Source: Eukaryota sp. TZLM1-RC (Eukaryota > Protista > Metamonada: BaSk clade). From it: a stretch of DNA of 64,000 nucleotides. Below, in pieces: positions 1-12,400 of this stretch (its first letter is position 1; each line of letters opens with the position of its first letter). The notes under the pieces were generated by a model, which saw nothing but the letters and a program-made list of their open reading frames with translations, was not told the DNA's origin and did not search any database. The translations under genes and the position numbers were made by a program. Where the stretch lies: assembly GCA_040285825.1 (NCBI GenBank), contig JAUPSS010000010.1, forward strand, positions 1,317,038 through 1,381,037, written 5' to 3'.

Positions 1-310
1 CATCCAATATTTTACATCCATAAAATTGATGGAACAGAAAATGAAAGATACTACATCGAAGACTTAAACAACTTCGAACGTATCATGGTCATCAGAGAAC
101 GATGTTCCAACGACCTGCCTATTTTCGAGCCATGGCTCTGTAGGATTAGGTCCGAACAGAAGCTTGCCATAGCTTCCAAAGACCCCTCTTTCAACAACTG
201 TGTTCATAACAATAACCTTGATTTATATATGACGCACGACAACAAGGTAGTGATTCCCAAATGACTCATTAAGGACGCCCTTAACTTGTTGCATGGACTT
301 CTGCAAGGAG

Positions 311-342
311 GCCTGAACAAAGCCTGAACAAAGCCTGAACAA
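311..342 (+). repeat. 11-bp tandem triplication GCCTGAACAAA
   Basis: Read directly; disrupts the integrase Zn-finger coding region. Confidence 0.9.
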
Positions 343-373
343 GCTCAGGAACAGTGATTATTGGTGGCCAAAC

Positions 374-1585
374 ATGCTCACCGACATGAATAAGCACGTC
401 CAAGAATGCCCCTCCTGTCAGAAAACTAAGCCAGTTCCAAAACTGCACGTTCCCCCAACCGGTTCATTGTGGGCTGACAGACCTTTTGCTCGCGTCAACG
501 CCGACGTTATTGGTCCTCTCCCAGAAGATCAAGAAGGCTACAAATACATCCTCGTATTTATTGACAGCTTCTCTAGGTTCACGATCATCGTGCCTTTAAA
601 CGAGATAAATGCTAATCTTACTGCAGATGCATTAATTCGGAAAGTCTGTGCCATCTTTGGTATTCCATTTCAAATCCACAGCGATAATGGACCCGAATTT
701 TCCAAGGCTGTCTTTGACGAACTAAGCAAATTTTTAGGCATAGAGGTGTCAAAGTCAATTCCCAGGTTTTCTCAGTCCAACGGCTTGGTAGAGCGCCGAC
801 ACAGAGACATCCTGCAAAACCTGAGGAAATTGCTCGTAGATTTCAACGCCTACGATGTGTGGTCTGAATATTTGCCTTATGTGCAATTATTGATCAACTC
901 CTCAAAGAGCTCAATAACCAACCACACTCCATACCAAGTGATCTTTGGCTCAGATGTGTCTCCCAGATCAGACCCTGGCAAAATTCTTGAAATCATTGAA
1001 AGCTCGACGTCTGAGTCATCTTTTATTCAAGAAATTCAATCTAAATTTCGAAGGTTGAAAGAGAAACAGGAAAAGGCAGCACACCATGAAGCTTCCAAAA
1101 CTTCCAAGCTAACTAGATCGACAACTCCAAACCCTTTTGAAGTTGGTCAATTGGTATTGAGAGCATCTGGCTCTTCCGCTAAGCTTCATGGAGACTATTT
1201 AGGACCCTTCCTAATTACTGAAATCGTATCCAATTTGTCTGTGAATATTAAGAATCTCTGCACCGATACGATTGTCCAAGCTAGCGTCAAACATTTAGCA
1301 CCCTGGCACTCCAGCTTACCCACCAACGATGAGTTCCACTCCTGGGTCGCTGCAGGTGATGTCGAAGAACACTTCATTGAAAAAGTGCTCGGTGACTTTT
1401 GCCAAGTGCAATGGCCTGGAAAAGAGATCACCACTGAACACGTGTCTACAGTCCAAAATACTGCCGCGTATAAAGACTTCATCAAGACTTCAAATGCACG
1501 TCGCCGTACTAATTCCAACGGTTCACCTCCTGTGACTAGAGCTTCCAGGGCTCGTCGCTCTAAAGAGAGGAAAAGGCAATGTTAG
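374..1585 (+). pseudogene. pol: Gypsy pol C-terminus: integrase (Zn-binding CxxC, DDE core, GPY/F-like, chromodomain-like)
   Basis: CPSCQ, RVNADVIGP, IHSDNG, NGLVERRH, YLGPF, IEKVL..CQVQWPG; stop codon lies inside the LTR. Confidence 0.85.
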
Positions 1586-1707
1586 TCTTGAATAGTATTT
1601 ATAGTTTATTTGTATAGTTTATTAGCATTCCGCCTATTAGTTTAAGAAGAGAGAATGCAATTCCTCTTTGTAATAAATTTCATTACTTCTCTACTGTATG
1701 TCTAACA
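1580..1707 (+). repeat. Probable 3' LTR (128 bp)
   Basis: Follows the PPT; TGTTAG...CTAACA inverted ends; contains AATAAA; an alternative CTAACA end at 1751 cannot be excluded. Confidence 0.6.
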
Positions 1708-1835
1708 TTAACGAGCAAAGACCATCAATTACATAAATTTGGTCCCTAACATTATTATGTACTTAACTTCTAAATGTAGTAAAATGTTTACAGTTCAAAA
1801 AATGAGTGAACAAACGAGATTTACCACGTTTACAT

Positions 1836-2000
1836 GTTAAATGATTGGGCAAATTGTTTGGCCATAGAAAACACCGAAAACGCATGTTTAAAAGCCATTC
1901 ATGGTTTTTTAAAAGAAGTCCATAAACAGAGGGAATTTGAGTAACTGATGCAGCAGCAGAACTATTACGAATGTCCTTTAAAATGTTTCCGAAAGCGGGA
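1836..2000 (+). repeat. Unclassified dispersed repeat; inverted partner at ~11752-11912
   Basis: Shared blocks TTAAATGATTGGGCAAATT, GAAAACGCATGTT, GCAGCAGCAGAACTATTACGAATGTC, CGAAAGCGGG. Confidence 0.75.
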
Positions 2001-2077
2001 TCTCAGTTTTGGCCAAGCCATGTTTTACTTCATAATCAAAGCTTTCATATAATTTAACAAATGGTACTGAAGCCTTT

Positions 2078-2537
2078 TCAGGCAAAAACGTAAATTTGGG
2101 AGTGAACCGTTGGGAATTTCTTGAACATTCTGAGGAAAACACTGAATCCAAATATCACTAGGCAAATTATCTTATTCAACTTGAAGTAGATTAAAGTAGA
2201 AATTTGATTCACCATGGATCTGATGAACATAATAAGGGAACCTTTGGAAAAATTCAAAAACAAAGTTTTTACCACCTCCTAAAAATGCAACTTTACACAA
2301 AATCTAAGATTTAGTGAAACCAATTCCACCCAAATCAGTAGAACACAATACATGACTTCCAGTGAAAGATTCATTTACTTCTAACAAAGAAAAACATTTG
2401 ACCCGAAAATTAGTTGAAAGATCTGCAAAAATTGAAAGATGCCAGGGGGAGCTGGCCTCAAAAAACGAGTGAATATTCTCGAATAACAAATTTTTGAAAT
2501 AAAAAATTTGATATGTTTTTCAATGTTGCATGCAGCA
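2078..2537 (-). pseudogene. Old non-LTR RT element N3, 3' piece (continues at 5855-6148 and 11388-11430)
   Basis: NIEKHIKFF and DLGGIGFTKS match ORF 9159-10805; joins 5855 across the N1 insertion. Confidence 0.7.
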
Positions 2538-3538
2538 TAAAGATATTTATTGAACATGCACTTAATTAAATTAATTCATAACTAATGGGACGAATATCAT
2601 TGAACCAAGATTTCCACTACAAAATCTTGATCTGCTTGCTGTCTAGCTAAAGCTTCTCTTATTCTATTGAAAAACCGAGGCAATCTATTAATAATGGCAA
2701 ATTGAATCCGTGAACGCCATAAAAAAATATCAAATCTTTTCATTGTTTTTTCTTGAACCATTTTTTGGAAGTCATTCAAAAAAGTTTCTGCTTCTGCTGA
2801 TAGTCTTCCGTTTATCGAACATGGGAAAGCAATAGAAACTAGTGGTGTATTTCTACCAGCATTAGCCTCTTCGATATGTTTGTCATATTTTCTATGTTTT
2901 TCTTCAGCTTTAAATTCAAGAGCACGTACAGGATTAAGTTTTCTTCTGTGAACTAAAGTGTCATTTGCAACATCACAGGAGACAAAGTCAACAACAGCTT
3001 CAGAGTTATCAATCCAATCACAGTATTCATCACCTCTATCATCAGAACCAAAATTATTCAATGACATTGTTTCTTTCAGCAGAGGCTCTTTGATACACGA
3101 GATTCTTGCAGTTTGTGTTATATGAAAAACAGTGTCTGTAACAGCATCAAGTAATGAAGAACGATAAGTTATCAATTTCAAACAATTCATAGCATGTCGC
3201 AAAGTGAGCTGAGATGAATTCGAACAAATACATTTTTCTTTTGATAATAATTGATTCATGGGGATATTCAAATATAATCTCTTTTTTGTTACAAACGCTT
3301 CATTAGTAGCACACAGACCAAATCTTCGTGGTATAATGGTTACAAACAGTGAGGAATCTGATGACTGGTTTTCACAATCACCCTTTTCCAATAACAATGA
3401 GTGAAGATCTTGATTTAAAACAGCCGAGCTGCATTCATTATTATAAAGATCATTTTCATACATTCCAGTCAATCGTTTCTGTAATGTTCGAAGAGTGTAT
3501 TTTAAATTTAAAAGATTCTTTTCTGCAATATTGTCATT

Positions 3539-4363
3539 TTGTTTTGTTTACTCATCTTTTGAACTGTAAACATTTCATTACGTTTAGAAGCAAAGTGCAT
3601 AATAACGTCAGGGACCAAATTTATGTAATGTGCAAATCATATCGAGTAGATTCCTTTTTAGAGCCGTTGTTATCAAAATTAATTCTTGATGATCCCAATC
3701 TTGATAGTACGCGTTACAACAGAGCTTCTATGGGTCTGACAAGAGGTGATCTAGTTGTTCCTGGTTTAAATGGTAGTTTTACTATTTTAGACGCCATGTC
3801 TATTGACCCTTGTAATTCCTCTAACGAACATCTCATTAACTCGGATGTAAATAATCCCCTTCTTGCAGGCGAAAAATATAAAATTGCTAAATATGCGAAA
3901 CCCATTTCCTCGGTTAATGAAAATTCTCATGCCCAATATAATTTATGTCCCTTTGTTTTTTCTTTGCTTGGATCTCTAGGTAAGGCTGCTATGGCTTTCC
4001 TTGAGGATTTTGTTGTAGTTGTAAAGGAAAGAACTGGAAGAATTTTCAATCGTGTTTACTGGCAAAACAGGATTGTATTTTCTATTTTTAAGGGAATGGT
4101 AAAACTAATTTCTGATTCACTATCTTCTTTTGGGAAATTTTCTGAATCTTTAGCAATTAATATCGTATTTATTGAATTTGCACACTTGATTAAATTAAAT
4201 CATAACTAATGGGACGACTATGATTAAACCAAGATTTCATCTACAAAATCTTGATTTGAGCAATTAATTGTTTTGATGTAGGGGAGGCAGGTTTTGAGGA
4301 TGTGGAGTTTTAATTGTGTATTTCATATTTGTTGTTGAATAAAAATAAAATATTTTTAAAAAA
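3539..4363 (+). mobile_element. 5'-truncated non-LTR family N2 copy inserted in N1
   Basis: HLLNC..KVH, RGD, KIAKY endonuclease region; AATAAA and A-run at 3' end; TSD AATATT(G/C)TCATT at 3527-3538/4364-4375. Confidence 0.85.
4162..4258 (-). mobile_element. 97-bp 3'-end fragment of N1 inserted in N2
   Basis: Matches the N1 3' end (2545-2635, 50395-50490); 10-bp TSD AGCAATTAAT at 4152-4161/4259-4268. Confidence 0.85.
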
Positions 4364-5854
4364 AATATTCTCATTGAATGATTGGTGAAAGCATCGACTC
4401 CATTTTTCTACATCAATTTTTGCAATTTTTTCATTTAATGCAAAAACAGTGGAACTTTGCGTTGTCATTAATAAATCTTCCCAATCTGCAAATCTTTCGG
4501 AAAACTCAAATATTGCATTTCTGCATCCACCAATAAAAGCACACGAAGTAAGAATAGAAGCCTTCGTCCAGCCTAAACCGTCATAATGTGGACTAAGATA
4601 AGCATGGTCTGGAATTTGAAACCTTTTACATCCCAATAATTGTGACAAAACTTTTGCACGTAACTCATTACACTTCTGAGCCAAGGACCTAGTGATAAGA
4701 GGATTTGTAGATCGAAATATATGATTGAAGTTTGAACTAAAACACAGTCTTATAATGGTAAATTTGATGTGTTTTTTATATCTAAATTCATCATTCGGTC
4801 AATTTTGTCAGAAATTGAGTTCAACTTTTCAAACAATTTTTTGGTAATTTCATCATTATTTCCTGAAAGCGAACCCAAAAGACGAATAGCATCAATTGAA
4901 TATAATTTGCCTTGAATTTCAATACCATCAACTATTGTGGAAACTGGAGAATTCGATAACAAAACACATTTAAGTGAATTAAGTCGGAGGCCAATTCTGG
5001 TAAATAATTCTTTAAAACATACAGTTGTTTTTTTTACAATATTTAAATTACCTATAAGAACAACATCATCCATATATGCAATCATTTTCAGGAAAGGAAA
5101 CATCTCTTGAATTTGTAATAAAATAGGATGAATTGCCAAACAAAACAAAAGAGGTCCTAACGGATCTCCTTGCTTTACACCACTTGATATAATCAAAATG
5201 GAATTACCAAAGTGTAAATTAGAATTTGTGCTACATGTAGATTGGAAATACGGCATTAATTCCGGCTTATATTGCAACAAAGCACCATGAATACTGCAAC
5301 GACTGAGTGAATTGAATGCATTACTAAAATTGAATGACATACAAACATTGGATTCATTTTGGCGAAATAATACATCCGTAGCAAAAATCGCTGAAGAAAC
5401 TCCATCAGTGGTATTAATTCCATATTGAAAAGGCAATACAATCGTTTTTGCTTTTTCATTGAACCTGCTTAAGCAACAAGCAGAAAAAATATTATGTATA
5501 CTGTCAGAGACCGCAATAGGACGAACATTCATTTTTGGATTCTTGACAAGTGCAGTCAATTGAGAACTCTCAATTCTTCTGGATACTTAAGTTGACCAGT
5601 CAATATTCCATTAAAAAATTTGGTTAATAAAACAAGACAATTTTCTGATGAAATAACTGCGGCTTTTATACGATCAATAGAAATACCAAAAAGTCCGGCA
5701 GACTTACCGCGTGGTATCTTTTTATCACCGAAAATACTTCTGATGCCATCAATGGATAAGTTTCCCAATAAGTTCCGTAAAAATTTTGATCCATTATTGG
5801 GTCTTCCAATGGATGAACTAATTTCAGTGTGTCTATAGTATCTTGCTTTATTCA

Positions 5855-6148
5855 TTGCATTAAGCAAAAAAACTAAGTCCATGGCCAAATTTTTCCAATA
5901 AATTGTTCAACTGGGAATAAATTTCATCCAAATTACCCAGACAACATCCAAGAAACTTGAACGCTTGGTGGTCATTATTAATAAAAGGAATCTAAGCACC
6001 ACCAATCAATAAAAATTGTTTTTTTCTACCAATCGAGAGACATTTAGTTGGATTCAAAGCTAATCCAATTTCGTTGTATTTCGCAAAAATGCCTTCAGAA
6101 ACCCTACAAATGCTTTCAAAAGAAACGATAATAGAAATATCATCCATG
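5855..6148 (-). pseudogene. Old non-LTR RT element N3, middle piece
   Basis: MDDISII..IGLALNPTKCL..FKFLGCCLGN; the YMDD codons are split by the LTR element at 6149. Confidence 0.75.
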
Positions 6149-7376
6149 TGTTGGCGCCCCAAGGCTTATATAATATGATTAGAAAATAGATCAATTTTTC
6201 CTCATTGACTTTTCTTTACTACAATAGACTTTAGGCAACAATAATTATTGGCCATTTTTAAGCCAAGGTATACCATTAATAATTCTAGCAAACTTCAACA
6301 CTGAACCAGCAAGATATTTAAAACATGTCAGACATCTCAGAAAAGGATATCTCTGACATTCAGCCATCTTCATCCCTTCAAATGCAACAGGACCAGGAAC
6401 AACAAACACAACATACACCTACACAAAATAAAAAGGAAAACGAGGCAATGGACCCGGCTCCCACGTCCACCTTAACAAAAGAAAATGACGAAGGAGTTGA
6501 CGAAATCCCTCCTTCCACAAAAGTAGTTTCGGATGAAACTAGATGCGGAACTAGATTCCACGTCTCTTTCCAAACCAAAGAACGAGGTCACGAAAACGGA
6601 CCCGTCTCCCTCTCCCCTCGAGAAAAAGAGATTTGTTGACGGAAATAACGAGAACGGACCTGGTTCCCTCTCCCTTCCAAAATGTAGAATCTGTCAGTAA
6701 GGTAACGGATGAATATCCCACCTTAAACAAGTCGACCCCCTCAGGAGAGCATGATGAATTTTATGCTCAACTAGATGACAAGGGAAGATGACTCCAGTGA
6801 TGGATTCTACAAACTCCTAACAAGGCTGCGGAGCCTTTCCTCGAATCAATGGACTTGTATCCATTCGAGCAGCTCTCTCGTTCACGGAGCCAAACACACA
6901 AACAAGTCGACTGCATACGAGGTGAAGAGTAGAGACTCCACCTCCACTATTATTGTACTACAATGCAAAGATACGGTCCTTGCTCCTCTGATATTTTTAG
7001 TCGTAAAACCAGTACTTTAACAACAACAGACGCCGCCTTCAGGTTTTTGAGGTTTGTTACTTTGCTTACTGTTGTTTTTGATCCAACATAGACCCTGCAT
7101 GATCTTTAGGAATTCCATTCTTCAATTCCATGATACTTTTACTAAACAACACTACCACGTTACTCGTTTACGAAAAAGGGAAGAAGCAGAGCGTCTTTAT
7201 GTAGCGATTAAAACATACACAACAAAGTATTCAAACACACAGATCTTGGAACTAGGCCCTTTTCAGTTATTGCTTACTACCTTATACTAACATTATTGTA
7301 GGAGAGTCATAGTACATCAATTGTCGATCTTAAAATTGTGAAACCAGTGTTTGTGTGAATCTTAATCACTACAAAG

Positions 7377-9068
7377 CATACTTGTGGATCACAACACCTG
7401 ACCAATTGTGATCACAATCACACAGTGATCACACTGTGAACACAATCACTATGTGATCACAAATTGAGTATTTATGAATCTATATGGTAATTTTAAGGAT
7501 GTAATGAAAACACTATTCATTGAATGACAAACACTGTTCATTAAATTGAGTCAAAAAAATCTAATCCTATATTCTACTGCCTTTTACTAAAGACCCTGTC
7601 AACTTCTTTCGTACTAGACCAATCTAGATCAATTTCTTTTTCCAGAACATCTTCATCTTCAGCCAATTCATCGAGGTCTAGTACATTAAGTTGATCCTCC
7701 AACTCCTCGTCATATATGTCTCGAAGATCAACATCCAAACATTCGTCTTCCTTATCAACAACATCATCTTCGACTTCGTTGATGATGGCTGCTTTCTCCT
7801 CAGCCCATTGAAGTGCCGATGTGTAACAATCAGTGGGATGTTGTTTCCAAACTTCCTTGATTTGACTGAGATTTATCTTTACAGGTTTCTTCTCCAACAA
7901 CGGCATGTTGAAGTGAATCAGCATCATATCCTCCAAGTGTTGGTTTGACATTTTCCACCTTCTTTTTGGTAACTGGTGGTCAAATGAACTCCAGTTTTTT
8001 TCGGTCACAGTGGCAACTCCAGTGTGACCTGTGATTCTCTGTGCAATTTGGCTCAGATGTGGAAAGTTTTGAATTCCTTTGCTGCTCCACCATTCATGAA
8101 GACACTCGTGTTCAATGACTTCATTATGAACAAAATCAGTTGTGAACGACTCCCATTCTTGGAAAAGTTCTTCTCGTATTTCTTCAAATTCTGAGAATAA
8201 TTCTGCAACCCATGTAGTGTAATCGATCTTGTTGAACAAGTTTTTAAACAGTTTTGTTCCCTAAGTGCTGGATTGAGAAGTCTTGTGATGATCAGAGATT
8301 TGTTTGTTACATAGTTCAGTCTGGACTGAAATTGTTCATCGAATTTTTGAGCTCTTTCTTTCAACAAAGAAATTTCATAGTTTAATTCACTACCTTGTTT
8401 CATAAAACTATTTTTCATTGAATTTCTCACAATACCAAGGGAATAATGAGCAAAGGAAACAAAACCAGCAATGGAAACATCAGAGAGTCTTAACAATGAC
8501 ATAATGTGTGAACATACAGCAACTAGAAGACTGGTCTCATTCCAAAACGCAAAAGAATCCTGTAGAATAACAGCCTTTGCTTCAGCAGCACTTTCTCTTA
8601 CACATTGGGGAAGATTTTTTGAGCAACTTGTGTTTCTACGACATTTCGTTGCATAGGGAGATGGACCTGAGTTAGTTGATGTCTCGATGGACCAGGATAA
8701 TTGGATGACATTAGTGGATAATTGCGGACAGCGTTGCCGAAAACGTTAAACATTGCTTGAAAGTCTGGTTTATCAACAGTGTTAAAAGATAAACCTAGGG
8801 AAATTATTGAAGAAGCTACTTGGCCTTGGACCATTTTCTTCACGTCATCAATAGATATTGATTCCAATAATAGAAGCTAGCGTTTGTATTGAGGTGAAAT
8901 AAAGGCAAATTCTGCTAGTTGAAGTGACTTTTCTATTTTCGAAGGGGGAGTGGCGTTGTCATTCGTCGCACGTCGCTTGATATTTAGTTTTTTTTATTGA
9001 AGCCACAATGTGACGTGATGTGATCACAATCACGTGTGATCACACTGTGAATGTGATCCACAAGTATG
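7377..9068 (-). mobile_element. hAT DNA transposon, internally deleted
   Basis: Perfect 17-bp TIR CATACTTGTGGATCACA; 8-bp TSD CTACAAAG at 7369-7376/9069-9076; subterminal GTGATCAC repeats. Confidence 0.95.
7574..8867 (-). pseudogene. hAT transposase remnant with C-terminal dimerisation domain
   Basis: WWSSKG..FPHLSQIAQRI..TEKNWS..KRRWKM (hATC-like); split over three ORFs and too short for a full catalytic core. Confidence 0.8.
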
Positions 9069-9125
9069 CTACAAAGATAATTGTAGACAATAGAAAACAG
9101 TAGAATTCAGTGTTTAGTTCTTAGT

Positions 9126-11200
9126 TTTTTTTTACAAAATTTTAATTTTATTCAAAACCTATAAATCAACATCTAAAAAATCCATCTCTCCCAGAACAAA
9201 AACACTAGATGCAACTCTCTCATAGTGAGATCCAAGAGAAAGCAAAGCATCAGAAACCATCTTCAACATCCCCTTAAAAATAGAAAACACAATTCTATTT
9301 TGCCAAAACAATCTGTTGAAATTTCTGCCAGTTCTTCTCTTTACAATCATTTCAAAATCATCCAAAAAACGTAAAGCAGTTGGTGCAAGTGAACCAAAAA
9401 GGGAAAATACAAATGGATACAAATTGTATTTTGCATGCTGTAGACTGGCCAATTTAGACAAAGGTTCATTGTATTTTTTGAATTTAAAATTTTCAGCATT
9501 TGAAAGGGGATTATGAATTTCAGAATTAACTAGCCTTTCATTTGAAGCATTACAAGGATCAACAGACATTACATCCAATAAAATGAAACTTCCATCTAAT
9601 CCAGGTAATATAACATCACCTCTATTATTCTTATGAAAATCATCTTCAGCATCAAACAAATTTGACAACAGAGGTTCCAAGAAGGATTCAATTCTATGAG
9701 ATTTACACATACAATATAACTGGTCTCTTACAGCATCATGAACCTTGCTTCTAAAAGTAATAAAATGTTTACAATTTAACAAATGAGTAGTTGTTATTTC
9801 TCGAGAACATTTACATATTAAATTATGAGGTAAATTATCAGGCCAGATAAAGGAACGAAATCTCATATTCAGAGTCCAAGCAGAATCGGATAAGAGAGTA
9901 CCATAAACTTGTGGAATTGTTGTTACTAAGGCAGAAGAAGTACTGTCACACAAATCTTGTAAAAGATTTGCAAAAGCGGGATTCTTTTTCTTCGCCAAGC
10001 CAAGTCTAACATCAAAATCCAAGCTTTCAAAAATCTTTGACAATTTTTGTTGAAGCTTTTTACAGCAAAACTGTAAATTAAAAAGAGATCGGTTTGGAAT
10101 TTCTTGAATTGATTGAGGAAAACATTTGGTCCAAATTTGTGGCGGCAATTTTTCAAGTTCACAAGATAACTCATACAAATAAGGACTGCAATTGGGAACT
10201 AACAGATGAGAATCATCAGGAAATCTACGAGAAAATTCATAAATAAAATTTTTGCCACCACCCAAGAATGCTGATTGACACAAAATTGAAGATTTAGTAA
10301 ATCCAATACCACCCAAATTTGCTGAAGAAAAGAAATGGCTTTTCAACATTCCTGGATCTACATCCAATAAATCAGCAAAAAATTCTGTTCTCAATGAATT
10401 AAATGAACGACAAAAATCTAATGCTATGGAAGGACCACAAGATCTCAAAATGTTGGTCATTCTCCCAGTGTAGCAAATTTTAAGCATGAAAAATTTAATA
10501 TGTTTTTCTATATCTAAAGAATAAATTGAATCAAGTTCAATTTTCATTTTTTCCAAAATAACTTGTAATTCATTCTGAATTTGAGGCACGTTTCCTAACC
10601 AACAACCAAGGAACTTAAAAGCATCACTACTATAATTAGTAAAAGGGACAATAGAATCGTTTATCACGAGATCTTGAGCAGAAGATCCAATCAGAAGGCA
10701 TTTGCTGGCATTAAGATGAAGCCCAATATTTTCATATGAATCGCCAATTTCTTGAGCAACCAATTCCAGTAAATCAAATGAACCAATCAAGGATATATCA
10801 TCCATATAAGCAACTATTTTTATAGAAGGGTATGTTTGCTTAATGATATTTTAAAGTTTTGTGAATAGCTAAACAAAACAATAACGGGCCTAAAGGATCA
10901 CCTTGCTTCACACCAGAAGATGATTTAAGACCAAATGAATTAAAAATTAAATCCGATTCTTTCCCATAAAAATGGTAGAAAAAACTCGATAGCTCAAAAA
11001 AATCAGATTTAATAACTTCAAAAATTGCTTCTCGCTTTACAGAATTAAAGGCATTTTTAAAGTCGAGATTAAAAATAAAATTGTTTTCCTCTGCATTAAA
11101 AAAGGTATCAGAGGCAATAGCAGCAACAGAAGCACCATCAATTGTTTTGATTCCAAATTGATGAGGATTCAAAAATGTAGAAGCTTTGTCTTTGACACGA
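9126..11200 (-). mobile_element. 5'-truncated RLE-type non-LTR retrotransposon (N2-related), recent
   Basis: RT (LDFKNAFN, GVKQGDPLGP, AYMDD), CKC..HLLNC, RGD..LDV..KFKKY; one extra A near 10850; AATAAA (9147-9152) and A-tail; TSD TTAGTTCTTAGT at 9114-9125/11201-11212. Confidence 0.95.
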
Positions 11201-11934
11201 TTAGTTCTTAGTAGTTATAGTTATTTAGTTATTTGTTTATAGTTTTAGTTTCATATTCATACAAGCTGATTTATTTTGAAAAAAGGAAGAAGCAGTGTTG
11301 GCGCCCCAAGGCTTACATAATATGATTAGAATATAAATCAATTTTTCCTAATTGACTTTTCTTTACTACAATAGACTTTAGACAACACATATAAGCAACA
11401 ATAAACAATTCGGGTTATAACCAGTTGGACACTTTGAAGAAGTATTTCTGTAGTCCACTTAACATACTGTGTCAAATATTTCTCTTCCAGCAATTTCTCC
11501 AAATGATCGATTCAAAAAATTAATCTCCAAAGTCATGGCCATTTCAGCGTTATTGAGGAGTGTTTAGTTTGGTAACAAACCAAAACATATTGTGAAGAAT
11601 TTGCTTACTCAACATAAATGAACTCCATTCAAAGATTATATTCAAACAGAATGTAGTTTTCTCTGCTAATTTTTCAACAAATACTTGATACAGTTAAACT
11701 TGGTATTTTTATTTTTATCAAGTCTGACTTGGCCAGGTTAGTACTAAAAAACCCGCTTTCGAAATTTCAAAGACATTCGTAATAGTTCTGCTGCTGCGGT
11801 AGTTACTCAAATTTCCCTTCTTTATGGACTTCTTCTGAAAAACAACGAGTGGCTTTTGAACATGCGTTTTCGTTGTTTTTTTGTGGTTAAAAAATTTGCC
11901 CAATCATTTAATTATTAAATTTGGAAAGTCTCCA

Positions 11935-12400
11935 TTGTTTACTCATCTTTTGAACTGTAAACATTTTATTACATTTGGAAGTAAAGTACACAGTAATGTC
12001 AGGGACCAGCTTTGTGTAATGTGCAAATTTGATCGAGTAGATTCCTTTTTGGAACTATTATTATCAAAGTTCATTCTTGAAAACCCCAACATTGACAGTA
12101 CTCGTTATAATAGAGCTTCTATGGGACTGTCAGGAAGTGATCTCTCTGTTCCTGGCTTAAATGGAAGCTTCACCATTTCAGATGCCATGTCTACGGACCC
12201 CGTGAATTCTAAACAACATTTTATCAATTTTGTTGTCAATAATCTCCTTCTTACATTCCTGATTCAGCATTTTTTTAGTCGTTTTTCAGAATCTTTACTA
12301 ATTAACTGTTTTGATGTAGAAGAGGCAGGTTTTGAGAAAGATTAGCTTTAATTGTGTAATTGAAATTTCTATTTCTTCTCGTTGTTTAATATAAATTTAG
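11935..12400 (+). mobile_element. Degenerate N2 3' fragment
   Basis: FTHLLNCKHFITF..DSFLE..STRYNRASMGL, homologous to 3545-4300 with an internal deletion. Confidence 0.75.

Larger units (their letters stand above)
1..1707 (+). mobile_element. 3' part of a degenerate Ty3/Gypsy LTR retrotransposon (integrase, chromodomain-like tail, PPT, 3' LTR)
   Basis: Integrase motifs in ORF 374-1585; upstream stop at 262-264; purine tract AAAGAGAGGAAAAGGCAA (1562-1579) directly before TGTTAG. Confidence 0.85.
2538..5854 (-). mobile_element. 5'-truncated RLE-type (CRE-like) non-LTR retrotransposon, family N1 copy 1
   Basis: RT (RPIAV, GVKQGDPLGP, YMDD) in 4750-5559; C-terminal CxC..HxxxC and RGD..D..K..KY endonuclease in 2597-3472; degenerate 12-bp TSD TTGCATNNAGCA at 2526-2537/5855-5866. 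Confidence 0.85.
6149..11387 (+). mobile_element. Internally deleted Gypsy element, family A' (hosts a hAT and a non-LTR insertion)
   Basis: 92-bp LTRs at 6149-6240 and 11296-11387 (5 differences); PPT AAAAAAGGAAGAAGCAG; TSD CATG/CATA; gag start MSDISEKDISD at 6325 homologous to 40637; decayed integrase trace near 7165-7195. Confidence 0.9.

Noticed and set aside
3349-4209. 286-aa ORF as a novel fusion gene
   Set aside because: Chance read-through from antisense N1 into the N2 insertion and out into the N1 fragment
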